Below are positions 28,575 through 41,225 of a DNA stretch of 64,000 bases, piece by piece. The translations under genes and the position numbers were made by a program. The stretch comes from Octopus bimaculoides (Eukaryota): the NCBI RefSeq assembly GCF_001194135.2, contig NC_068986.1, forward strand, positions 7,220,501-7,284,500, written 5' to 3'. A model generated the notes under the pieces. It made no database searches, was not told where the DNA came from, and saw nothing but the letters and a program-made list of their open reading frames with translations. Numbering within the stretch: position 1 is the stretch's first letter; every line of letters begins with the position of its first letter.

Positions 28575-28897
28575 TAGAAAGTTAAAGAAGTGATTTTAAA
28601 TTCTCAAACACAGGATAATGCTAATAATATAGCCTGAACAGGATAAGCTACCCCTATTTTGCAGAGTGTTGGCAGCCGGCTATGAAACTCAAACTCACAC
28701 CTCCGTGATTACGCATTGCGGTTCTCAGTTTAGCTTAATGGTTCAGAGCACCACAACACGTAATCACGGAGTTGTGAGTTTGAGTTTCATAGCCGGCCGC
28801 CAACACTCTGCAAAATAGGGGTAGCTTATCCTGTTCAGGCTATATTATTAGCATTATCCTGTGTTTGAGAATTTAAAATCACTTCTTTAACTTTCTA
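28575..28897. repeat. Near-perfect foldback, 139-bp arms, containing a tRNA-like Pol III head
   Basis: Arms 28575-28713 and 28759-28897 differ at about 2 positions; 45-nt loop; TA at both ends; A box 28731-28742 and T-arm/B box 28774-28790. Confidence 0.9.
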
Positions 28898-29938
28898 AGA
28901 CATCTCAACGCTTCTAAAGCAAACTTTGTTTGTTTACGTTCATTGTAATTTGAATTTATTAAATAAACTATATCAACACTGAAAGAACATTCTTTAAATT
29001 AATTAGCCTTCAACTCCTAACAATGGGGTGGTAGGATAGATTAAAATGATTTGAAATAATTAAATATTCTTTCAGTTCATTTTCATAATCAATCATCATA
29101 ATTAGTTAATATCCATTTTCCATGCTGGCATGGGTTGGACAGTTCCACAGGAACCAGAGAGGACTGTGCCAAGCTCAATGCATAGTTTGGCATAGTTCTT
29201 ACAGTTGGATGTCTTTCCTAACACCAGACACTTTACAGAATGTACTGGGTGCTTTATACGTGGCACTAGCACTACTGATGTTGCCAAGTAACTCACAAAA
29301 CAAGACCCCAAACCAAGAAGTATTGAGAGAGGTGGCTTTATGTCAGGTGATGAGAGAGGTTGAACTAGGATAGAAGGACAAGAAGAGATATATGGTTACC
29401 CTGGTTTGAACAAAGAGATGGTGGTGGTGAAGATGTATCAGGGTGTTTAGTAGATCAGAGATATTTTGTGTGTTTGTTGTTGGGGAATTGTGCTACTCAT
29501 AAACTCATACTTCTGTTGAGAAGTAGACATCTAACCATAAATCTTGATTTTTATCCAAACATAAAAGGCAAAGATCAGGGCAGGGCCTGGCTGTAGATGG
29601 CCATTTTATACATATTGACAGTTCAGGAGTGGATTTTAGTGTTTTTACAGGGTTAAGTTAATAAAAGACTTGTAAACCTAAACAGAATTTGAAAATGTAA
29701 ATCATTAATAAGGAGTAGCATGTGTTAATAGCTAACAGTCTGTTACTGTATTAACTTAATCATTGTTAATGTTTACGGGTTTTGGTTAGGAGCAGTGCAT
29801 TGCTTCTATATTCTAATCATTAGAATCTAATGTCACCTGCTGGAAGGTTCTGATCAAAATTCAGTGCAAAGGAATAGTTTTTAGTGAACCTGATGAGGCT
29901 GTTTGATTTTTTTTAAATATGTGAATGTTTTTTTTTTT

Positions 29939-30980
29939 ATTACCTCCACCTTAGCGAAGGTGGAAATATTGTTTCTACTCATGTTTGTTTGTCCATGGAC
30001 AAGATATCTCAAGAACTGCTTGATGGATTCAGATGAAACCTTCAGGGATGTTTGGCCTTGTGACTGGCATGAACTGATTAGATTTTGGGATCAATCCGGT
30101 GCCAGACAAGGATTATTTGTTATATTTACTTTACATAAAGTATTATGATCTTATGTTCACTTTCAAGTCTTTCTCTGATTATTTTCCTTGAAAGCATGCT
30201 CATGGTTTCCATGTAAGATATGGGAGCATTGCTGTTTTCAAAGTTTTATTTTCGTTTCTCTATTATCAATTTTACTCGCATCTCTATCTTAGTAGAAACT
30301 GATGGATAAAGAAATTAAACTTCATCAACAAACAACAGCAAAACCGTTCAGAAATTAAATAACATTAACATATTCAGTAACAATGATAAATTTAATTTAT
30401 CCTCAACAATTTTTAGTTTGACCAATTTTGAATATATCGCTCCTCTTTAAAACCTCTTACCTACTTGACAATCGCATTTCTAGTTCTGCCTTGAAGGCAG
30501 CTTTACTTCTTGGACTTATGTTGTTGTGTGCAACGATGTTGTTAAACCTCCGTTAACAGCACCGTATGCAGCACCTTTCCATTTTCATTCATGCACAGAT
30601 AAATTTTTCACTATAGACCTTAATGGCTGTAAAGACACTATATCAGGGGACAGACTAAAAACGGCCTTCATAGAAAAAACTGTCCCTGTTCCCACTGCAG
30701 ATGGCACACGCACACAGCATTACAAACATGGCCTGCACACCCACCCTCACATTCCATGACTACCATTGGGATCGATCAGGTACCGGACAAGGATTCTGGA
30801 TTATTTTTCCGTTTTTTTTTTTACTTAATTTTTGAGAACGGTCGGGTTCATTTTTAGTATTCTTGTTTGTGAGAGCAGTTATTTCGGATATTCTCATTTT
30901 AATAATCATCTCTGGCTAATCATCGAGAGGACGTTGGTGTTGCCTTGGCAGAGGTTTGTGCTCTCTGAGTGCTCTTGTTT
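29939..30980 (+). mobile_element. Non-autonomous Helentron/DINE-like element
   Basis: Starts after a T run with attacctccacctt..aaggtgg (5' hairpin), ends ccttggcagaggt + short hairpin gtgctctctgagtgc + ttgttt. This subTIR plus 3' stem-loop layout is typical of HINE/DINE elements. Confidence 0.65.
30490..30690 (+). pseudogene. Gypsy/Ty3 pol (integrase C-terminal) fragment
   Basis: SWTYVVVCNDVVKPPLTAPYAAPF..SCTDKFFTIDLNGCKDTISGDRLKTAFIE matches the Gypsy pattern THVFVRxDxVKPPLxxPYxGP..TDKxFxIxxNGxxDxVSxDRLKxA. Confidence 0.75.
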
Positions 30981-33257
30981 AGATTTGATTTCACACTTAT
31001 CAACAGTTTTATTAGTTTGTCTATTATAATAAAGAATGTTTTTTCTCCCTTTTGATTAGGATTCTAATTTGGAAATATTCACATGATACAATTGACTTGC
31101 AACATGCCATAAATTATTTAATCATATCTTATTGACAATTTTATTGAACTGTCTCTTGTCCAACTTCTTGTTAGGTTGCAATAATGAGAAAACATCTATT
31201 AATTTAATTATATGTTTCAAGTTGAAAACTTTTCTTTTTCTGCGCTGTCTTTAGGTCAGTCCTTTTCTCTGCTGACTTGTTTAACATCTTTTCCCCTCTA
31301 TCTCAAGTGTTAGCTTATCATAGTCAAATGGTCTTATTTTAAATTGCCATAAAAATGATAATTTTTTTTTCTCTGGTTTCTTAATCTGTTTCTATGTTAG
31401 TATCATTATCTTTTATTAGTTTCCTTTGAACTCACAGCAACATTTTTAGAATACACTTCACTTTATTAGAAAATCTAATTATTGCTTTAAGTATTTTAAT
31501 ATAATCTAGAATATACCCAAACAAATCAAAATAGGTAAATACAAAGTTTTCATTACTATTTAGTATTTTGCAAAGCTTTTCAAACAAGTTTATTAAAATC
31601 TGATTCTTAAACTTTCAATCTATTCAGTGATATGGAGAGCAACTTTCAATATATTTCACTTTTGTTAACATGTGCTCTATCATTTATTTAATTACATCTG
31701 GTCTTAGTCAAAAAGTATTTTAAATTGAACTATTTTCACATCAAATAAATGTTTTGTCATGGCTGTTCTTTGCTTTTTCTCACAATTTATTCTATTTGCA
31801 TAGTTTGAGAAGTTTTCTCTTGTCTTGATAGCTTCTGCTTCCTCTCTGACCCCCTTCCTACATAAAGTGATTGAATAGTGAAATTCAACCTGTCCTGTGT
31901 TTTTCAATTACATTAAACTATATACTTTTTAGATGCATGAAACATTTCTTTTGAATTGGTACCAGAAAGAAGTTAATTGTATTTCTTGTTTGAATTATTT
32001 CCTAGCAATGAAAGCAAGTTAACTGTTACCACTTTTGCCTCTTCACATTATTATTATTTATTCAAAAGAAAACTTTCCTGTTGACACAGATTATTTTCAA
32101 ATATTCTGAATTCAATTCTTTGTAGTTTACTCAAACTTTATATATACTGAAATAAAAGAAATATTCAGCATTTTAATTCCACATCTTAACAGAATATTGC
32201 AGTGAATGTCATTGTTTAGCTTTTAATCATTTTGGTTATTCCCAGTTACAAGTATTAATACTTCACTCAGCATAAGAAATTGGTTTGTGGCAGATTGGAG
32301 TTCCATCTGGCACAGTCTACTTTCTTATTTCAATCCATTTTAAGTAATTAGATTAATCTTTCATAGTTTTAATTACTCATGTAATTTGCAAAGTAATAGT
32401 GAAGCCCCAGCATGGCCATAGTCCTTAAAACAAAAAACAAATGTATTCTGTTTTATACCAGTAAACATTTCTTGTCTTTCAATGATTTTGTCAGAATGAA
32501 ACCAATGGCAGAAGATCAGAGATACTTATTATGTCAGTCTTTTGTAAGAAATGAAATACTTCTAAAAAAGATGCTTTGGTGTTTAAAGAAATTTCACAGT
32601 AATTAAAACCTGGTAACTTGAAGGAAGTGGTCCTTCAACAGATCTTGCTAAACCCATTTGTGTCCAATTCACATAAGCTTATTATGATAAATGTATGGTT
32701 TTAGAAGAAGAATATAGATTAAAATATTACTTCTGTAACAGTCTGATGAAACTTTATTCCACCTATGTTGATTGGGACTGCCATTTGTACAAACTACACT
32801 AGCAGTTTTTTGGATCTGGTTGTAGGACATTTTGCCATTATCATTTTTGTTGTAGTGAAATTCGCTGTGAAAAAAATATACTGACAAAAAAAAAAAATGC
32901 TGTTTTCTTAAAATTGCAACTTCCTCAACTAATCTACCAATTAGAGAAAGATAGTTTCTTTAAAATGAGTTCTCTAGTTTACAGTTTGCGTATGTGCCTC
33001 CTTTATGGGAAAATTTGCTGTAGGAAATTTTACCCTGGCAAAAATGTTTGTGGTGAATTTTCTGGACATAAAAAGATCTATTAGAACTTGTTTTAAATTT
33101 TTTTTGCTGTTATGGAGTATAACTTGGTGGTTGTTACTACAATCAACATTTTTTATTATTTAATTGATGTTGAAAATAAATTTTACTTTATTAATTGTAG
33201 AATTGTACTTAAATTTATTCATTATTTTTCTATTTTTATGTTGTTGTTTCTTTACAG

Positions 33258-33380
33258 GGTCACAGTCGAATGGTTTGTTCTGTAACCTGGGCTGAAGAAA
33301 GTTCTTTGTGCCACCTCTTCTCATGTGGATTTGATCGTCAAGTTTTGGGCTGGCAAATAAATGTTGCTGCTAAGGAATAG
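33258..33380 (+). CDS. WDR37: Terminal coding exon of a WD-repeat protein 37-like gene
   Basis: Pyrimidine-rich acceptor ttgttgtttctttacag, then GHSRMVCSVTWAEESSLCHLFSCGFDRQVLGWQINVAAKE* (TAG 33378-33380). About 21/35 identical to the human WDR37 C-terminus as recalled ([35 protein letters not shown]). Too short for the ORF track. Confidence 0.88.
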   Translation, partial: GHSRMVCSVTWAEESSLCHLFSCGFDRQVLGWQINVAAKE

Positions 33381-33778
33381 TAAGAATAGTAAGAATATTT
33401 GTAAAAGAATATTTCCAGTCATTGAAGATATAAGACATTTATTAGAATGTATTTCCGTTTTAGTTTGTTTTCAAAGAATTTGTCCACCAGTTGTTTCGGG
33501 TAACAACTTGCCTCTTCACATGTTTGGTAAAGCTTGGCTGTCTTTCATTGGATGCTTATATGTCTGGTAAGGCAAGTTTAACATTAAAGCTATGGAGTTT
33601 AACATCTCAATCAACTAGCTATGCTATTAAAATAACCATACATACATACAGACAGATGCATATGCCCACACACACAGTCTTTTAATGCTTTCAATCTTTG
33701 ACCATACTGGAGCACTCCTTTAAAAGGTATTGTTGATATTGACATGAACTAACTTTATTGATCTTTGGTTTTGAACAA

Positions 33779-33814
<36 letters not shown>

Positions 33815-34794
33815 GGTGTGTGTTTGCATTAATTTTATATATACACACACAAACACACACAGATATAAATACATAGGATATTACCCCCAAAATGTATACA
33901 TACATTGAATGTCTATAAAGTCAGTGTTTATTAAAATGCATTTCATTTTCAAAATTTAATAGAATCTATAGATGATTTAACTTTTTTATGAATGACCATT
34001 CTGTTCCACTTCTGATAATGTGGAGCAATGGAATTGCAAACATCAAGAAATATTTTGTTTGATATTTGTGTGCATTCTCATTCAATGAATGAATTCATTG
34101 ACTGTCACTGCTTTTGTACCATAAACCTTGTCCTTTAGTAACCCTATAAAAAAAAAAATAGTTCTTCCAGTATGTTCCTTGTGGACATTATGAACAGTTC
34201 CATCTACTTCAAACTTATCTCTAATTCAAGTGATAGTAAATCGCATAGGTGTACCTGTTTGAAACTCCTTTCTACACTGTCTTTGCACTTTCACTGCATT
34301 TTCAAACTTTCAATAGCACTTGAGAGTAAATTTTCTTCTTTTCACTAGTTCTAATGAGTTAAATTGAAAAAGAAACGAAAATTGAGTCATTAGCTGTTAA
34401 AGTGTGTACACAGTTTGTTTTGGGCACCCTCTGTATGTATGTGGATATATGGAGTTAAAATTACAATATTATGCAAAAAGAAAAAAAAATCAAGCAGCTT
34501 ATAGATATTTCTGTATTATCAGCTAGAAGCCCCTCCCTCCCTGGCTGATAATACATTTATCTCTTCCATTAGGAATTCATCTGCAATGTAATTCTTAATA
34601 GTTAGGCTTATTTTATTACTTCGTTCTATGTACCAGTGAGAATTATTCCTAACACTGACAGAAGAGTTCCTCATTCAACAGATGGCCATGTTGAGAAAGT
34701 ATATTGCTGTAATCAATGTGGAATGTAAACTGCTTGCTTGGTCAGTGGGAAGATCTCAAATGGGTTTTTGCAATGCTATAATGTTTGATAAAGG

Positions 34795-34851
<57 letters not shown>

Positions 34852-37089
34852 GAAACAAAACTAAACACATTTACACGAGGTGTGTGTGTGTTGATAATTC
34901 TTTGGGTGACTGTGTTTTTTCTCTTTTTAGGCATAAGAGAATATATTCTCAATGCTGTTGGTGTAAAAATACCTGAAAGCAAGTCATAGCAAGGTGTTTT
35001 TACACTAAAGGCATTGAGAATATTTTCCCTTACACTTAAAAAATGCAGCCACCCAACAAACTAACAATACACACACTTTGTGTATGTGTGTTTGACTTTG
35101 TTTACATACCTTGAGTGGTTTCTAATTAATATTTGAAAAAATATATATGTAAAATCATTACCATTTAACACTTGTTTTCTGTGATGGTACTGGTTGATGC
35201 CTGCTTTGGTTTGGTTTTCTGCCTAATACCTGACATTAGTGAGGTCTCCAGGTAACTCACAAGTCCCACAATCTTGCAGGTTATAATATTGAAGGATATG
35301 GCTTTATGCTCAGGTGATGAAAGGTTAAAGTATGATGGAAGGATAAGTAAAGAGAGAAGTGTCGCTGATTTATGTCACCCTAGGTATGCATAGGGAGGGA
35401 GGGAGAGAGGCAAAAGTGAAAAGGGTGAGACAGACATGAAGAGAGAGAGGTAGTAAAGACATTAAACCTAAAATAGAAGAGGAAAATAGTCTTAGGTGAA
35501 TGCTTTGGAGGAAGGACTGAAAGAGGGAGTTTTTATGTTTCAGTCAATGGTCCTTCAAGAATAAGAATGCAAAAGAGAATAAAAAATTTAAGAAATTTAT
35601 TTTTGCATTAAAAGCCTGAATTTTATTATAGGTAAGTTTTTTGAAAATATTTTGGAAATAAGGAGCTTAAAATTTGCTGATGTATTAGAGACACCCAGAG
35701 ATTGACCTGGGTATGAATCATAGACTTTCTCTCTAAAATAATGAGCTAGAATTTCAAGAATTTTTGATGAAATCATATCAACCACTGGAGTTGCTTTTAA
35801 ATGTATATTTTAATTTTTTTTTTACAGTACTTTGTGTTTGAAACCCTTTGCTATCATATGATAGATAATGGTCCATATTTTCATCCAATGAGGAAAAGAA
35901 TAAAAATTAGTTTATGGAAGTTGAAATAAATTATGTTGAGGGGTGACAGCAAAAGCTATATGCAAAATATTTGGAAGAGAAAGTAAACGAAAACCTAGCA
36001 GTAGTTGTGAATGTCTAAGAAACAATGGAGGTAATTTGAAGAAATCAATTAATCTCCCAAAGTTGCATGTTTAGTGAGTGGTAAGTGTGACCCTCATTTG
36101 TAGGCAAGGGTCATAATTTTTGACATGTTTCAGTCTAATTAGATTCCATCAGCAGTCTCACCAAGCCTGCTGAGTAGTTCACAAAGATTTTTACAAAAAG
36201 AAAAACAGGAAGAATTTTGGACCAATATAATTTGCATAATTAAAAAGAAAAATGGGCTAAGAGAAATAATTCAAATAGTACATGAATTTGGTGAATTAAA
36301 TTACGGGCTGAAATACTGAATGTTGCACTAGAACCCCCACCCACTTTGATTAAAGAAAGGAAACGAAGTTTGGAGCATCTAGCGAAGGAAATTGGAAAAA
36401 CTAGAAGTAAATCAAATGTTTGGAATAAATGTCAGATATTTGTGAAAGACAACCACATTAACCATTCCAGCAACATCAGCAGCAGCTACTACAAAAACAA
36501 ATAACCAATGATAAAATTTCAGAAATAACATGTGACAAAAGTAATAACCCTGTGAAAAAGACCATCAGCGTCCAGATTAAATATAACAAAATAGCCTTAC
36601 AACAAACTTCACCATAGCAACGACTATAAATTTAATAAATACAAAAATCAACGAAGTTATACCAAGATTTTCTTTAGAATATAAACAAAACTGAAATGAA
36701 GTGTTACACCCCACCACCACCACCAACTTCACTGTAGCAGATGTAGTCAGTTCCAGGCACTGATCTCCATTTGTATCAATGGAGTTTGCTGATATTTGCA
36801 ACTGTATTTTTAAATGCTATTTTTCAGCTATTGAGTGCTGCTATGTTGTTATATCATTGAATAAATTAAACAGTTTCATGGCTTCATGTTTTGTATTGAA
36901 TATTGTTCATCAGAAAACTGCTTAACAAGCTCAGTTTTCTTTTTTTTTTTTTTCCGTGTGTGTGGATAAGTGAATGCGTGTGTGTATGTATTGTAGACAG
37001 TATTCTCAATCATTTTGACAGCCATGGCAGGAAATAGTTTTGATGATAGATGAACATCATCAAACAATGTTAGAGTTTGTTGGTCCCTG

Positions 37090-37592
37090 GTATTTCCAGA
37101 ACTGCTATGGTAAGACACTAAAACAGAAATGGTTAGTCTCTGGCATTGCTAGAACTGCTAGGGATGTCCAACTAAAACAGAAACAGTTTTCTCTGGATTT
37201 GCTAAAACTTTTATGGTAAGTAATTAAAAAGTTCCTTTTCGGTAGAAATCCTAGAACAGAATGTGTTCGTCTCTAGTATTGTTAGAAGTATTATGATATA
37301 CAACTAATACACTGTCTCTTGTATATTATTGCTCAAACTTTGGGGATAATAAATCAACTGGAGTTGTTAAACTCTGGGGTGCTGAGAACTGCTATGATAA
37401 CTAAAACTTAAGCAGTTTTTTTTTTTTTTGGCCTTGCTACCACAGTTATCCTTGCTACCACAGTTATGCTAGAAAAATAGTCTTCTGTTGCATTGTTAGA
37501 ACTTATAAGCAACTACAAAAGAGACAATTTGTCTCTGGCACAGCTAGAAATGTTACTCTAAGCAACTAAAGCAGCAACTGTTAGTCTCTGAG
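37090..37592. repeat. Degenerate ~53-bp tandem array
   Basis: Recurring gcattgctagaactgct..aactaaaacagaaa..tagtctctg; includes an exact 18-bp duplication at 37432-37467. Confidence 0.6.
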
Positions 37593-37751
37593 TTATGTAC
37601 CTTAATACTTCTTGCAATGCCAACTCTGATAACATGTCATTTGGCTAAACAGTTGTTAATTCTGGATTAAACAACTAGATTTTTAAAAATTAAACTGAAC
37701 TGCATGTGCAATAATGGACCTAAGATTGTGCTTGTATTTCAATTTCTTTTT

Positions 37752-40700
37752 AGGCCTCTGTCGGTCATGGCTGACCATGGATGATGTCATCTGTCCGTTG
37801 AGTTGTCTATTCAGTTTTTGCAACGCCTCCTGTGGTTGTAGAAACCGATGTGAGAGTGGCAGTCTCGTTTGCAGAGGTCACACCTATACGTTGAATCCAG
37901 TCTGTTGGCTATCATTTCTCTTCTGCGGGCTCGGTTTTCAGCTGCTGCCACCTTCAAATTCTCTTCGCCGGTCTGCAGTTGTTTATGAAGAGTGCCTCTC
38001 CAGCTGGTTCGGTCGGCTGCTAGATCCTCCCAGGAATTGGTGTTGATACCAAGTGCCTTCATATCCCTCCTGCACATGTCCCTGTACCTCAGCTTCGGGC
38101 GGCCAATGTTTCTCTGCCCTGCGACAAGCTCTCCGTAAAGGACATCCTTTGGGATTCGACCATCCTCCATACGGCGAACGTGGCCAATCCAGCGCAGCCG
38201 ACGTTGTCTTAGTAAGGTGAGCATGGTGGGGAGGCCAGCACAAGACAGAACGCCAGTATTGGTTACTTTGTCTTGCCAGAGGATGCCGAGCATGCGTCGG
38301 AGGCTTCTGAGGGGCAAGGTGTTGAGCCATTTCTCCTGGCGGGCGTACATGGTCCATGTCTCGCTGCCGTATATCAGATTGCTGAGGACGCAAGCACTGT
38401 ACACAGCCATTTTCGTTTTCACTGTTAGCTTGGGGTTTGTCTACACGCTTGGTGTGAGGCGAGCATATGTTGTGGCTGCCTTCCTGATCCTCTTGTCTAT
38501 CTCAGTATCTAGGGAGAGGTTGTCGGTGATAGTGGAACCAAGGTACATGAACTGGTGGACAATCTCGAGCTCATAGTTGTCGATGGTGATGACAGGTGGT
38601 TCCGGCGTGACTTGACCCATAACGTTTGTCTTCTTCAGACTGAGAGTCACCCCAATTTTTTTTTTCAGGCCTGAGCTAAGCAATCCATCAGCAGCTGCAG
38701 TTCCCAACCTCAGCGAATAGCGTGTCTCTAATGAAGACTTCGCGGACCTTTGTCCTCGCTTTTAGGCAAGCAAGATTGAACAGCCTACCATCCGATCTCG
38801 TCCGTAAGTATATTCCCTCTTGTGCTGTGCCAAATGCATTTCTCAGGAGGAATGAAAAGATCTCGAAAAGGTTGGGGCGAGTACGCAGCCTTGCTTGACC
38901 CCGTTGCGTATGTCGAACGGCTGGGAGAGGTTGCCGTTGAACTGCGCAGTCCCTTTCATGCTGGAGTGGAAAGACTCGATTAAGCTGTGCAGTTTTGGAG
39001 GACAGCCGATCTTTCGGAGAGCCTTGAAAAGACCGTCTCTGCTAACAAGATCAAAGGCTTTGGTGAGGTCAATGAATGCGACGTAGAGGGGCATCTGCTG
39101 CTCTCTGCACTTCTCCTGGAGATGGCGAAGGGTGAAGACCATGTCTACCGTGGATCTTTCAGCTCGGAAGCCACACTGTGATTCTGGGTAGATACGTTCA
39201 GCCAGCTTCTGCAAACGGATCAACAGGACCTGAACGTAGACTTTACCAACTACGCTAAGGAGGGAGGTACCTCTGTAGTTGTTGCAGTCACTTCTGTCAT
39301 CCTTGCTCTTGTAAAGGGTGATGATTTTAGCGTCCTCGTGTCTTGGGGCACGCTTCCCTCCTTCCAGCACTAGCAGAAAACCTCATGCAAGGGGTGTAGC
39401 AAGGTAGACTTGCAGTGCTTGATGAGGTCTGGAGGAATACTGTCGCTGTCTGGTGCCTTGCCTGCGGTCAAACTGTCAACGGCCTTACTGAGCTCGTCCG
39501 TGGTAGGCTCTGCGTCGAGCTCTTCCATCACTGGTATGCACTCGATGGCGTCAAGGGCTGCAGGAGTCACAGTTGCCTCTCCAGAATAGAGGTCAGAGTA
39601 GTGCTCCACCCATCTCTCTATCTGCCTGCTCTGGTCGGTTATGATTTCCCCGGTGTTGGATTTGAGGGGGGGGGGGCGTTCTTGTTTTGTGTTGGTCCCA
39701 GTGCCTTCTTGATACCATCGTACATGACTCTGATGTTGCCTGTTGCAGCGGCCGTCTGAATCCTTTCACTGAGCTCTGTCCAGTACTCGTTGGCGTAGCG
39801 CCTGGTGGTGTTCTGAACCTTGCTCCTGGCCGCCTTGAGGATCTGCAGGTTTTTCTCAGTGGGTGACCGCTTGTATTCTGCAAGTGCGGCGCGCTTGGCC
39901 TCAATGACGGGGTTCATCGTGGACGACTTGGCATCAAACCAGTCATGTAGCTTCGAAGCCCTCTTCCCAAAAGTTGCCAGGGTGGTGCGGTGGATGGTGT
40001 CTCGCAGAGTTTCTCACTTCTCTGTGGCGGTATCTCCGGCCTGCGATGCATCGTATACTTCTTCAAAGGCCTATGCGAACTGTTCCACAAGATCGAGCTG
40101 AGTCATCTTGCTAACGTCAATGCACGAGGTCCCCGGCTTCTTTGCACTGTGGAACCTTTTTGGTTGCAGCCTGATTTTGCAGCATACCAGGGAGTGGTCT
40201 GTGTCGCAGTCCGCATTGCAGTAAGAGCGTGTATGGAGAATGTTTTTTATGGCAGCACGCCTGACCACAATCAGATCCAGTTGGTGCCAGTGCTTTGAGT
40301 GCGGGTGCCTCCAGGAGACCTTGTGTTGGGGTTTCGTTTTGAAGAAGGAGTTGGTAATGCACAGGTTGTGAAGGGCACAAAGCTCGAGCAGTCGCTGACC
40401 ATTCTCAATGAGTCTTCCCACTCCAAACGAACCAAGGCAAGAAGGCTACGAGTCGCTGTCTGCGCTCACTCTGGCGTTGAAGTCGCCCAGGAGAATAAGC
40501 TGTTCGGCATTTGGTATATTCCTGATGGTAGATGAAAGGTTCTCGTAGAACTCATCCTTGGTGTCCGAAGTGGCGGACAGCGTTGGGGCATACACACTGA
40601 CAAGGTTGACGGGGCCTTCGGTGGTGTTAAGGAGGAGTGTTAGGAGTCGCGCAGAGCCGCCGCTGTTCGGTTCTACCATATTCAGCAAGCTGTTCCTTAC

Positions 40701-41225
40701 TGTAAAGTCAACTCCATGCTCTCTGGGTTCATCAAAGTTCTTTCCTCGCCAGAAGAATGTGTCGTCCTTTTCCTTCAGTGTGCTTGCACCAGCTAGCCGG
40801 GTTTCTTGCAGGGTGGCAATGCCGACACCCAGTCTTTTGAGCTCGTCGTTGATGACAGCTGTTTTCCTGGCGTCACGGACATCCCGCAGATCTTGGGGAA
40901 AAACCGGGCATCATTGACCGGACATTCCAACATCCTAGTTTTAGAGCCGGTCTCTTTCTTGAAGGTCTTATTTTGTTGTTAACTGGTGCTGTGACTAACG
41001 GTCTGCTTGTCGGATGTTTTCCTAATCCCCATGCACCCAATGAGGATGGCAGACCGTGACGGGACAACACCTTAGTGGCTGGGGGGCTGCCCAGCTTGGG
41101 GCAGGCGGTAGTTGTCCAGTGTGACTCGAAGATCTCTCCCACCCTCGGAAGCAACCCCTGGCGCCACACATCACGCCAATTGAGTGAAGGCTTATAACCG
41201 GTATCTGTTGCTCCCCGTGTTCAAA
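37752..41225 (-). mobile_element. Near full-length RTE-clade non-LTR retrotransposon (APE endonuclease + RT), inactivated
   Basis: GC-rich ~3.5 kb block. Minus-strand ORF pieces give endonuclease motifs (CWNVRS, LQETRL, VYAPT, GDFNARV, DTDHSLV), RT motifs (NYRGTSLL, QCGFR, FIDLTKAFD, GVKQGCVLAP) and the RTE C-terminus (RRLRWIGHVRRM, GRPKLRYRD, terminal C/H cluster). Several frameshifts and stops. Confidence 0.95.

Noticed and set aside
28714-28800. Functional tRNA-Thr(CGT) gene
   Set aside because: Anticodon and acceptor stems do not pair properly; treated as a SINE-like head.
37983-40917. Plus-strand and alternate-frame ORFs inside the RTE
   Set aside because: Shadow ORFs of GC-rich retrotransposon coding sequence.
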